From an uncultured bacterium (GTDB lineage: Bacteria > Zixibacteria > MSB-5A5 > JAABVY01 > JAHJOQ01): a stretch of DNA of 64,000 bases. The translations under genes and the position numbers were made by a program. The stretch is taken from positions 1-64,000 of the forward strand of contig CBDUQR010000001.1 in NCBI GenBank assembly GCA_965369655.1, read 5' to 3'. Positions 51,542-60,624 of the stretch are shown one piece after another (positions within the stretch are counted from its first letter, which is position 1; each line of letters starts with the position of its first letter). The notes under the pieces were generated by a model. It ran no database searches, was not told where the DNA came from, and was given only the letters and a program-made list of their open reading frames with translations.

Positions 51542-52267
51542 TCAAGGGCCAGGCTGACGGCGTTTCATTGGTCCTGGACCTCGACGGCGACCGTCGTGGG
51601 TGCGCTTCATTTTGTTGCAGAGAATGTGCGCCACCCTCATAGGTTCCGGGAGACGATAACCGCGCGCGGTCGCTGTCACGAGTTCAACCGCCGTCTCCAG
51701 ATCGATCTTGTGGCCGACCGAGATATAGAGCGGTTTGACATCAACGCGCGTCCGTACCACAGCGCCAACCTCATTGCCGTCATACATCAGTGGCGTTTTC
51801 GCATTGATCTCGTTGGCAGGTTCCTCGTGTTCTCCTATCAACTGCTTCTTGGCGCATCCTATGGATGCTATGTCGAGCATTATCCCGAGGTGCGACGCCA
51901 TCCCAATTCCCTTCTCGTGGGCGACGCCGTTGGCGTCGAACATGATGACATCCGGAGTAACCTGTAGCCGCTGGATCGCCTTCATCAATACAGGTCCTTC
52001 GCGGAAAGCGAATAAACCGGGATAATATGGGAAGTTTGCCACCGATTGTGCCTTGACCTTATCAACCGTGACAAGCTCTGGAAACCGCATGACAACGACA
52101 CAGGCAAATATGGCGTCATCCCTCTTGGAATAGGCAACATCCGCACCCGCTACCAACTGGAATTCCTTCTTTGACGTTTTCAACTCAACGAAATGCTTCA
52201 GGCTATCCTGGATCCGGGTTGCCTCACTGATATCCGTTGTCCAGGTATGCAAGCGAGTAAATTTCAT
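51542..52267 (-). CDS. nfi: Endonuclease V
   Basis: GADVAY, FPYYPGLFAFREGP, IGCAK, PLYISVGH and RLPEP; start reassigned to ATG 52267. Confidence 0.95.
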   Translation of the reverse strand: MKFTRLHTWTTDISEATRIQDSLKHFVELKTSKKEFQLVAGADVAYSKRDDAIFACVVVMRFPELVTVDKVKAQSVANFPYYPGLFAFREGPVLMKAIQRLQVTPDVIMFDANGVAHEKGIGMASHLGIMLDIASIGCAKKQLIGEHEEPANEINAKTPLMYDGNEVGAVVRTRVDVKPLYISVGHKIDLETAVELVTATARGYRLPEPMRVAHILCNKMKRTHDGRRRGPGPMKRRQPGP

Positions 52268-52604
52268 ATATTCCTCTTGTCTCATGCGGTGCGGGAGCAA
52301 CGAGAATCTCAACTGGGCGACTATCTCTGGTGAGCATCTTTCCCACACCTGTACTAAGATACGAAATCTAACATCGTTGGGGCGCTTAATCAAGCCTAAA
52401 TGGAAGAATCGAACAGAGTTGCCGAACGTTCGAAATCGATTGTTTTGCAACTCCATTCGGTACACACTCCGCAACTGCGCTTCACGTCGGGATGAACAGC
52501 GCAGAAACCTCGTTGTCCCACGATTGAGCGATTCCGACTTCAGCTAAGCCTATCCTGACTTTTGGAGTTGAATTATTCTCTAATCTTCGTAGATTTATCA
52601 AATC

Positions 52605-54647
52605 ATGGAGCGATCTGCGGTAATAGTCTCGGCTGTCGTAGTAATCCTGGCCGTCTGCGCCAGATTGCTGGGTGCTCTCTACCCCGAGAGCAGACTATGG
52701 GGCGTCAGCCATCTGGCGTATTTCTCAAGCCCTGCGAAGTACTTTCTCCTGTTGATTCCAATGATGGCTCTGATTCCTGCGGTTAATCGACTGCTTCAGA
52801 AAGCGATCGGAAGAATGGGCGATTTTGTTTTCGGACAGGAACTCCGAAGGAAGAGACTTACATGGCTTGCGATAATCTGCGCGGCGGTGGCGATCTTCAT
52901 CATCTTCCGACAGCCGACGCATTTCCTGGGAGACGGCTATCGCTGGCTTGGGAATCTTCAGAAATTCACGACCTGGATCAAATGGTCCGAGCCGCTGGAG
53001 ATTCTAATGCATCTCGGCCTGTATCAGCTTTTCAATCCCATCGTGGAAGACGCGGCGTTATTGTCATATCAGATCGTCAGCATCGCCGCAGGCGGAGTGT
53101 ATGTTTGTCTCGCTCTCGTCGCAGCCGGTAGCATCGCAGAATCGAGATTCGAGAAGGCGTCGGTTTTTGGAATACTGATTGCGCTCGGATCCACCCTGAT
53201 GTTTTTCGGTTACGCCGAGCATTACGCGCTCGCGTATGTATCGATATTCGGTTCGCTCCTGTACGCCACTCGATACACTGAGTCAGGCAGGAGGCTGGAC
53301 CTGGTCGTCTCGTTGATATTCGGGCTGCTCTCGACACTGTCTCATTTCCTTTCTGCAGTAATGATCCCGATTTACCTCTGTTATTTTACGTTCGCTCCGG
53401 CTATGGCGAAATACCGCAGGAGAATCTCCATTACCTCTGAGATAATTCTGGCGAGCGTGGTAGTCGCCGCCGGAGTGATTGCGCTGACTCTGATCGGGTC
53501 TGAACATTCGCATTTCAAGAATATCCTCTTGCCGATTCTGAATTCGCCGCAGGGTTCACCTGCGCCTGCTGTACTGTCGTTGCAGCATCTCTATGATCTG
53601 CTCAATGAACTTGTGCTGGTTGGAGATGTCCTGTTTTTTCTCGGAATTGCCCTGATCGTAGTTTTCTGGAAGCAACTGAAGCGTTCAAAGCCGATCAGAT
53701 TGCTTTTGGTGGCGGCAGTTTTCCAATTTGCGTTTCTTCTGTTCCTGGATCCGAAGCTCGGAGCAGCCTGTGACTGGGACCTTTTCGCGCCTTCCACGAC
53801 CGCCCTGACACTGCTGTCAGTTTTCCTGATTGTCAGATCGATACGAAGCGAGAACGTCAGGCGATACGTCTTGACAGTCGTCATGGTCGGCATGATTTGC
53901 GCAGTCCTGCCCTGGTGGTTGCTGAACTCCAGCGAGGAGAAATCAATCGCCAGGTATTCGCATCTGACCGACCTCGACTGGGAGCGAAGCAAGGCGGGCA
54001 GGATCATTCTCCGCGGATACTTCAGGGTCAGGGGCGATTCACTTCGGGCTGCAGAGGAAGATCGGGAGATAACGCGACTCTTCCCGGCGGTACCACTGCT
54101 CGAGACTGCGGAAAGATACTTGGACGATGGTGATCGAGAGATGGCGATGCTCTATGCTGATTCGGTCTTACTATACGCGCCGGATTCTCCAGGAGCATAC
54201 AATGTCAAGGGCAGGGTGTACATTGACCGGCAGGACTTCGAGATGGCAAGGAAATTTCTCACGAAGGCGGTGTGGATACAAGGTGAATCGCCAGCGATCA
54301 GGTGTAACCTCGGGATTGCTCTATACTCACTCGGTGACAAGGCTGGCGCATTGAAACAGCTCGAGAAGGCAGTCGAACTCGAAAAAGGTGATCCAGTCTT
54401 CTTCAGTACGCTTGCGAGCGTCTATTCGAGCGTGGGAAAGCTGACAGAGAGCAGCGATGCGTTCAAGAGAGCAATCGCCCTCGATTCCACGTTCACAGAA
54501 GCATATTTCCGACTGGCATCCGTACAGGAGGCGCTCGGAGAACGCTCCGATGCGATAAGCAATTTCAGAGCTTTCATTCGCATGTCGGATGATTCTGTGA
54601 GGATGCGGGAAGCCGAGAGTCACCTCAGATCACTCGGCGCACGGTAA
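52605..54647 (+). CDS. Multi-pass membrane protein with C-terminal TPRs (GT-C/TMTC-like architecture)
   Basis: About 12 TM segments followed by several TPR repeats. Confidence 0.75.
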   Translation: MERSAVIVSAVVVILAVCARLLGALYPESRLWGVSHLAYFSSPAKYFLLLIPMMALIPAVNRLLQKAIGRMGDFVFGQELRRKRLTWLAIICAAVAIFIIFRQPTHFLGDGYRWLGNLQKFTTWIKWSEPLEILMHLGLYQLFNPIVEDAALLSYQIVSIAAGGVYVCLALVAAGSIAESRFEKASVFGILIALGSTLMFFGYAEHYALAYVSIFGSLLYATRYTESGRRLDLVVSLIFGLLSTLSHFLSAVMIPIYLCYFTFAPAMAKYRRRISITSEIILASVVVAAGVIALTLIGSEHSHFKNILLPILNSPQGSPAPAVLSLQHLYDLLNELVLVGDVLFFLGIALIVVFWKQLKRSKPIRLLLVAAVFQFAFLLFLDPKLGAACDWDLFAPSTTALTLLSVFLIVRSIRSENVRRYVLTVVMVGMICAVLPWWLLNSSEEKSIARYSHLTDLDWERSKAGRIILRGYFRVRGDSLRAAEEDREITRLFPAVPLLETAERYLDDGDREMAMLYADSVLLYAPDSPGAYNVKGRVYIDRQDFEMARKFLTKAVWIQGESPAIRCNLGIALYSLGDKAGALKQLEKAVELEKGDPVFFSTLASVYSSVGKLTESSDAFKRAIALDSTFTEAYFRLASVQEALGERSDAISNFRAFIRMSDDSVRMREAESHLRSLGAR

Positions 54648-54688
54648 TAGTTTTGTCCGGCACACAACCTTCTCAACAGGTAGCAAAA

Positions 54689-57097
54689 TTAATCGACAAG
54701 GAAACCGCCGAGACTTACGGTGAAGCGCCTGGCGTCATAGTCCGACAGATTCCACGCGAAGTATACTTTGAAATTCAGCGGAGAAATTCTTCCGACATGG
54801 AATCCTATCTCGCTGAATGGCTTTCTCGCCTCGGCGTATTCGACACTGCTCCATGCTCCACTCTGATTCCTTTGTTCGGTCCAGAATGCGCCGCCAAAAA
54901 TCCCGATAGAAAATGGAATATCCCTGATAAGTGGTATTCCGCTTTTTGTAAACAGGTATCGCCCGAAGTCGTGCGATACATAGAATGCGGCGGCTCGATC
55001 ACCGACATAGTTGGTGTCGAGCAGTGTCTTGAAGTAGAGATTGTGCATCAGAGGTCCCGCACCGAAGTCGACAGTGAAACTTCTCTGCACAGGTAATGCC
55101 CTGTCGGATGAGCCGGCGAACAACGAAAACTCTGTGGTTCCAAGTCCGAGCGTTTGCTGCTGCCGATGCAGTCGTACGAAGTAGCGTCGATAGTGAAAAT
55201 CACTTTCGATCATATGCGGATCGGAAGCCTCGAATCCCGCCTCAAAAATCGTATACTCTCTGCTGAAACTGAGTACATCCTCACCCTTAATCCTGAGAAG
55301 CTTTCGCGAATCATATTCGAAGAGAACCGACGCCGCACGAAGTTTGCCGTCATCGATTTCCGGGTTGATTCGATGACGCCTGTCGGACCCGATAAGACCG
55401 AAATCTGTTGCGGTCGAGACGGAGTAATGGTTCTGGTCGAGGTACCTGACTGTCAATCGTGTGTGATCTAGGAGCTTTGCGCCAATACCGAGATCGAATC
55501 CTCTTTCGAGGTAGTAGTCAAACGGATCTATCCTGGCAAGCGCCGCCATAAACGTCGGATTCGATTCTCCCGCTGAGACGACTGTCGGACGCGGTGTAAT
55601 CCTGTCGTGATAGCCTGCCGATAGTCTGAGTTTCCGGTTCTTGTGTAGAGTGTAGCTGGCTCTGTAGTCGTGCTGCCAGTATTCTCCGGTGAAGGCATAA
55701 CCAGACTTCAATTTGATCTCTGTATTGGGAATGAGATTTCTGAATCTCTTCCCGAGGCCGAGATATGTACCCTCAACTCGGTTGAAATGGAAAAAGTCAT
55801 TCGGCGCGACGGTCAGGTAGAGTGCCGCCAGACCTCCCCGGAGCAGCAGTTTCGGAATCGATTTCGGAGCATGGGCAATCGAGTCAATGTGTTGATACCC
55901 GCCCAACTCCTCGACAGTCAGGGGGATCATCTGACCCGCTTCCCAGGTCGTGGAATCGACATTGTCGACACCCTCGGCGATTTCGAGTATGTACTCGTCG
56001 AATGTACCTTTGGGATGTTCGATGTTGAACTCGTACTCATGGAGCGCCGCGACATAGTCGATGAAGTAGATTGGCAGACCCGGAATCGGCACGTCGATAT
56101 CGAATTCGAGCCGGATCTCGATAGGCATCCAGAACTCATCTTCGAATATCCCATATTTTTGAATGAATCGAAGATTCTCGAAAAATGGCGTCTCTACACC
56201 CTCGCTGAACGTGGCATCCACACCGACAATATCGTAAGTCGAGTCGGCTATCATAATCTCGCCTACAAGCATCGGATCGATCTTGTTCTTCGGCTCGATT
56301 TCCAGCCTGAAGACATATTTTCCATCGAGAACAAGAGTGTCGAGGAGATAGTAGTTGTAGTAATCGAGCGCATCCTCGGCAGTCGGCGAGACTACCGGAC
56401 GATCACCGGCGATATCGAGCCTGTTCTTGTTGAAGTCGAGTATCTCGCCTACGGTCACGGCGACCTCTCTCCCTTCCAGATTCGCCGAAACTCTGCGCGC
56501 AGTTACGATTTCTTTGTACTTGTCCGGTCTCTCCCAAAATGACTCAAGCTGGGTCTCGACGAGATACGCGATACTCGAAGAGTCATCCTCACCCTCGTCA
56601 CGCACTACTATCTTCGTATACGCCCGAACTGCATAACTTTTGACTTTGGATAGAATCTCTTCCTTTCTCTTGATCGCTTCAACAATGATCCGCTGGCCTG
56701 CGCTGAGAGCCTGAGCGGTGACCGTGATTCCCGGCACCTCGACACGCATCGGTCGTAAGTAAATATCGCGCGTGACATCGGCGTTGGTCACATTGACGTC
56801 AATCGTCTCCGACAGATAAGCGAGATGGCTGAATTTCAGTTGATACTCGCCATTCCTGAGCCTGAACCTGTATTCCCCTGTCTCGTTCGCAGACATCGAT
56901 TGCCCTGTCGATTCGTCCCTGACCGTTGCATACGGTATCGGCTGATTGGTCTGTGCGTCGTAGACTGTACCGACGATCACGCCCGCAACAGATATGTTCG
57001 GTAAGATGATTACGGCGAGAAGGGCGACAGGGAGCCAGGTCATTCCGAACAGTTTCAAGTTTTTCACACAATGATCTTTCAGTTCGTGCCGGGTCAA
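54689..57097 (-). CDS. DUF5686 outer-membrane protein with an N-terminal carboxypeptidase-regulatory-like domain (start uncertain)
   Basis: GTVYDAQTNQPIPYATV, SPTAEDALDYYNY and FNRVEG followed by a beta-barrel. Confidence 0.85.
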   Translation of the reverse strand: MTRHELKDHCVKNLKLFGMTWLPVALLAVIILPNISVAGVIVGTVYDAQTNQPIPYATVRDESTGQSMSANETGEYRFRLRNGEYQLKFSHLAYLSETIDVNVTNADVTRDIYLRPMRVEVPGITVTAQALSAGQRIIVEAIKRKEEILSKVKSYAVRAYTKIVVRDEGEDDSSSIAYLVETQLESFWERPDKYKEIVTARRVSANLEGREVAVTVGEILDFNKNRLDIAGDRPVVSPTAEDALDYYNYYLLDTLVLDGKYVFRLEIEPKNKIDPMLVGEIMIADSTYDIVGVDATFSEGVETPFFENLRFIQKYGIFEDEFWMPIEIRLEFDIDVPIPGLPIYFIDYVAALHEYEFNIEHPKGTFDEYILEIAEGVDNVDSTTWEAGQMIPLTVEELGGYQHIDSIAHAPKSIPKLLLRGGLAALYLTVAPNDFFHFNRVEGTYLGLGKRFRNLIPNTEIKLKSGYAFTGEYWQHDYRASYTLHKNRKLRLSAGYHDRITPRPTVVSAGESNPTFMAALARIDPFDYYLERGFDLGIGAKLLDHTRLTVRYLDQNHYSVSTATDFGLIGSDRRHRINPEIDDGKLRAASVLFEYDSRKLLRIKGEDVLSFSREYTIFEAGFEASDPHMIESDFHYRRYFVRLHRQQQTLGLGTTEFSLFAGSSDRALPVQRSFTVDFGAGPLMHNLYFKTLLDTNYVGDRAAAFYVSHDFGRYLFTKSGIPLIRDIPFSIGIFGGAFWTEQRNQSGAWSSVEYAEARKPFSEIGFHVGRISPLNFKVYFAWNLSDYDARRFTVSLGGFLVD

Positions 57098-57230
57098 AAC
57101 TGGACAACACTCCCCTGATCCAGTGGCGTTATCAGCTTATACGTGGCGCCGGGGAAATTGATTCATTCGAGTTGGATAAACTTCTGTGCTCGACAGATGT
57201 CTCTCGTCACCCCCGCATGCATATCTCGAT

Positions 57231-57330
57231 CGTCACCCCTGCGGAGGCAGGGGTCCAGTCAAGTCTATTAGTCTGCAACATTTACGCTTTCTGAATCTGG
57301 CTCTGGATTCCCGCCTGCGCGGGAATGACG
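57231..57330. repeat. Inverted repeat pair with a dRS3-like core
   Basis: CGTCACCCCTGCGGAGGCAGGGGTCCAG at 57231-57258 and CTGGATTCCCGCCTGCGCGGGAATGACG at 57303-57330; ATTCCC-N8-GGGAAT at 57307-57326. Confidence 0.8.
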
Positions 57331-57345
57331 AGAGCTCTTGCGGGG

Positions 57346-57546
57346 CTAGTCCCGGTTCCCGAAATCCTTATTGATCTCAGTAAGTATCGAGTCGACATCC
57401 AATCCCTTCGACTGGATCAACTCTGCAATTGTGCCCCAGAAAACCTCGCCGCACTGGACACACATGATACCCTTTCTCATCAGGTATGTGCTGAGAGCTG
57501 GGTACTGATCGAGAAGATCATCGACATGGTCATCAGGTCTAATCAC
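57346..57546 (-). CDS. DUF1858-like small CxxC protein
   Basis: VDDLLDQYP, GIMCVQC and TIAE pattern. Confidence 0.75.
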   Translation of the reverse strand: MIRPDDHVDDLLDQYPALSTYLMRKGIMCVQCGEVFWGTIAELIQSKGLDVDSILTEINKDFGNRD

Positions 57547-57629
57547 TCAATTCCCCGTTGTGAGTTTTATCGCTTTCAAGATAGTTGCATACGGTCAAAT
57601 GGCAATCGGAATTGTGCATATGTAATATT

Positions 57630-57750
57630 GTGGCCGGCAGACCTCCCGATCTGCCGCTCTCCTACAATTACAGACCTGACGGGGCAGACCCTTCGAAGCT
57701 CAGGACTTGCCCTTCGAAGCTCAGGACTCGCGTGGACGTCTGCCGCCCAC
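57630..57750. repeat. Inverted GTGG REP-like pair containing a 19-bp tandem duplication
   Basis: GTGGCCGGCAGA...TCTGCCG at 57630-57656 (+); GTGGGCGGCAGAC...GTCTGCCCC at 57681-57750 (-); CCCTTCGAAGCTCAGGACT at 57689-57707 and 57710-57728. Confidence 0.75.
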
Positions 57751-57882
57751 GTATAAGTATTACTGTTGCGTGATCTGTCGACTCGACATTACATTGTCGG
57801 AAACGAATTGCCGAACAAAGGCAGGAAGCTAATAGTCGGATTCAACGAAGAGACCTGTGAAGAAGTGATAAGCTAAGACAAT

Positions 57883-58827
57883 ATGTCCATGTTGGTCATA
57901 ACAGATTCCCCTGATTTCGCTCGGCATGTGATCGATAGCGACAGTGCATGGGTCGACTACTTCCCTGCTTCGGCTGATGCCGGACTGTCTGTGCTGCTCC
58001 AGAAACAATTCGGCGAGTGTAATCTGTACTCCTCCGAATCGACGATATCCGATCAGCGATTCCGTCATCTATTGATTACCGCGAGAGCATCTCGCTCGCA
58101 GTACGATATCGCAGTCGAACTTTGTAAGGAAAATGCGCCAATTTCGAACGGCACGCTCTGTCTCGCCGGTTCAGGAAATAATTTTCATGGTCAGCGGGAA
58201 CGGTCGTGGTCCAGCCCGGACGGCAACATCTATCTGACAGCGATCTTTGCGCCGAATCGAAAGATCGATCAATTCGGGCCCGGGTTCATAATGCTTCCGG
58301 CCATTGCGGTCGCGGAAGCAGCTGATTCGATTCAGGGTCTCGAAGGGCGTTCATCGATCAAATGGGTTAACGACATCCTAATCGACAAAGCCAAGATCGC
58401 GGGTGTGCTGACCTACACTCAGGCGATGGGTGACAATGTTACCGCTGCGGTTCTCGGAATCGGAGTGAATATCGAAGTCCTTCCCGATGTCGAACCGACG
58501 CCATTCGTGCCTGATGTTGGCTGTCTGGCTGATTTCATCGATGATTTCAGACTCTGCAACAGGAAGACCGCTCTCGACGGATTGATTCAAAGCCTCGACA
58601 GCAACTACCGGCTGCTTGAAAATGGTGAGTATGAGCAGTTGTTGTTCAAATATCGCAGGCGCTCGGCGGTAATCGGTAAGCATGTTGTTATTTGCAAAGA
58701 CGATGCCCGATCAGATTCTGAAGTGATCGCCGAAGGCATCGTGACAGACATTGGCTACAATTTGGAGCTAATCATCGAAAGCCACGAAAAACCTGTCACT
58801 CGAGGCAGACTGATTATCAGAGAGTAA
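57883..58827 (+). CDS. Biotin-protein ligase (BirA-like, no N-terminal HTH)
   Basis: HGQRERSWSSPDGNIY, IKWVNDIL, KIAGVL and GIGVN. Confidence 0.85.
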   Translation: MSMLVITDSPDFARHVIDSDSAWVDYFPASADAGLSVLLQKQFGECNLYSSESTISDQRFRHLLITARASRSQYDIAVELCKENAPISNGTLCLAGSGNNFHGQRERSWSSPDGNIYLTAIFAPNRKIDQFGPGFIMLPAIAVAEAADSIQGLEGRSSIKWVNDILIDKAKIAGVLTYTQAMGDNVTAAVLGIGVNIEVLPDVEPTPFVPDVGCLADFIDDFRLCNRKTALDGLIQSLDSNYRLLENGEYEQLLFKYRRRSAVIGKHVVICKDDARSDSEVIAEGIVTDIGYNLELIIESHEKPVTRGRLIIRE

Positions 58828-58879
58828 TTCATTGAGCAAATAGACATGAAGGCTAAAGAAATATGAAAGGGGATATAGA

Positions 58880-59839
58880 ATGAATCCGCAGCTAATGTAC
58901 CAAGCATACTCAGATGAAGCATTGGTGAAGAGACTAACTGCTGAACAATACCAAACTTTTGTGGCGATGCCATTCAGTGATCACGGTTTCTACCGCTCCA
59001 AAGAAGTACGCGAGTTGATAACCTCAAGTCTTACAGCTATCGACTCGATTCCCGGAAGATCAGCAGATAACCCATCATTAGCAAAACCAACCAGAATCGA
59101 CGATACTGGGGACTTTGCTTACACCATCACCGACAGTATAGTAGAAATGATACTTAGCACAAATTTCTTCATTGCTGATGTCACCGGAAACAATGCTGGA
59201 GTTCTGTTAGAACTCGGAATAGCTCTTGCAGCAAGGAAAGGTTCTGAGTCAATATTGGTTCTAACACAAGGGGAATTCGACGAACTCCATTTTGACATTA
59301 GGAACCTCAAAGTAGTTCAGTACACTGAGACAAATCTAAAAGAAAAGTTACAGGCAGCTATGAATGTTATGATTCAACGTGAGGATGAGAATAGACGAAA
59401 GTTGCTCGTTTCTATAAAAAAGAACCTACCGGCGAATTGCATTATCTGTCTGGCAGCATACTGTGCGCTTCATGAACATGAAGATCATAGTAAGCAACAG
59501 CAATCACTTTTCTTTGAGAATTCGGATTTCTGCCCACTGGACAAGAGAGAGTTACCACCTTTAGCTAAAATAGAAAAAGAGAGGGACAGGTTTCCGAATG
59601 ATGACAATGCGCGTTTGTATTTCGATCTGGCTTGCGATACTTTGGTTCGACACCATCTGCTCGTATGCGCCCACACCACCAATCTCTTGGAAGATAGTGA
59701 GACACTGACATTTGGTTATCACGCTACTGAGTTGGGCTGGTTGGTAATGAGAGAAACGAACAAGAATATTTACGAAAAAGGGTACGATAACTGGAGCAAG
59801 CACACCAAGCCAGCACTCAAAGACAAGGGAATCTTATAG
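58880..59839 (+). CDS. Nucleoside 2-deoxyribosyltransferase-like/TIR-like domain protein with an unknown C-terminal domain
   Basis: FVAMPF, RID, IADVTGNNAGVLLELGIALA and FDIR pattern; AT-rich. Confidence 0.72.
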   Translation: MNPQLMYQAYSDEALVKRLTAEQYQTFVAMPFSDHGFYRSKEVRELITSSLTAIDSIPGRSADNPSLAKPTRIDDTGDFAYTITDSIVEMILSTNFFIADVTGNNAGVLLELGIALAARKGSESILVLTQGEFDELHFDIRNLKVVQYTETNLKEKLQAAMNVMIQREDENRRKLLVSIKKNLPANCIICLAAYCALHEHEDHSKQQQSLFFENSDFCPLDKRELPPLAKIEKERDRFPNDDNARLYFDLACDTLVRHHLLVCAHTTNLLEDSETLTFGYHATELGWLVMRETNKNIYEKGYDNWSKHTKPALKDKGIL

Positions 59840-59849
59840 ATATTGTAAA

Positions 59850-59880
59850 CCCACCCGCCGTTTCACTCTTGGTGGGCTAC
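59850..59880 (-). repeat. GTAG REP-like hairpin, family C copy 2
   Basis: GTAGCCCACCAAGAGTGAAACGGCGGGTGGG matches 10340-10370 at 24 of 31 positions, including a compensatory stem change. Confidence 0.7.
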
Positions 59881-59905
59881 TGGCTGTCAGACATGCTCGG
59901 CACAG

Positions 59906-59940
59906 AAAAAACCTGCGCGGTGAAAGTTCCGCGCAGGTTT
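59906..59940 (-). terminator. Intrinsic terminator downstream of cheW
   Basis: AAACCTGCGCGG-N8-CCGCGCAGGTTT stem followed by a T-run on the minus strand. Confidence 0.8.
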
Positions 59941-60043
59941 AGCCCTTCATCTATAGCCCCGTCATAACGGCGGTGCAGATGTATCGACCATTAGCCCCAA
60001 TGAACGCACCGCCTTATTTCTTTGTCGTCTCTGACAGTCCCGT

Positions 60044-60553
60044 TTACATCTGGGACAGCGCCATTCGCTCCTTCTCGGAGAACACCTTGGACAGGTCGAG
60101 GAAGATCAACAGCCGATCTTCCAGCTTGGCCACGCCCTTGATGTAATCTGAATCAACAGATGTCGCGATCTCCGGCGCCGGCTCGATCGTTTTCCTCGGC
60201 AAACGAAGTACTTCGGATACCGCATCTACGACCATCCCCATGACCTGATTCTCGATGTCGACAACCACGATACGGGTATCCTTGTCGTACTCTTTTGTCT
60301 CCATCATGAATCGCTTCCTGAGATCGATGATCGGAATCACTTTCCCTCTGAGATTGATGACGCCCTCGACAAAGTCGGGCGATCTCGGAACTTTGGTGAT
60401 CGCGACGAGCCGGTTGATCTCCTGAACTTTCAGGATGTCGACACCGAACTCCTCTTCACCTATCTTGAAGGAAACGAGTTGCAAGAGATCTTCCCCACCG
60501 GCCTCGGATGCAGCAGCGACACTGACAGTCTCGACTTCTTCAATCTTCGCCAT
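60044..60553 (-). CDS. cheW: Chemotaxis coupling protein CheW
   Basis: LVSFKIGEEEFGVDI, GVINLRGKVIPIIDLR and VDAVSEV. Confidence 0.97.
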   Translation of the reverse strand: MAKIEEVETVSVAAASEAGGEDLLQLVSFKIGEEEFGVDILKVQEINRLVAITKVPRSPDFVEGVINLRGKVIPIIDLRKRFMMETKEYDKDTRIVVVDIENQVMGMVVDAVSEVLRLPRKTIEPAPEIATSVDSDYIKGVAKLEDRLLIFLDLSKVFSEKERMALSQM

Positions 60554-60624
60554 ATTTACCTCCTGAACGGCCTGTCGGCGAACAGAGCGCCGACAGACCT
60601 GTACATTCTCTTGGCAGCCTTTTG

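Noticed and set aside
52268-52604. Long intergenic region as a possible ncRNA or nfi extension
   Set aside because: No recognisable RNA family motif; the extension has no EndoV similarity and an RBS precedes ATG 52267
55670-56542. 290-aa plus-strand ORF (also 54653-55096 and 62005-62805)
   Set aside because: Antisense to the DUF5686 or MCP genes, with no motifs
57689-57728. Tandem 19-bp repeat as a mini CRISPR array
   Set aside because: Only two copies separated by 2 bp, no spacers and no cas genes
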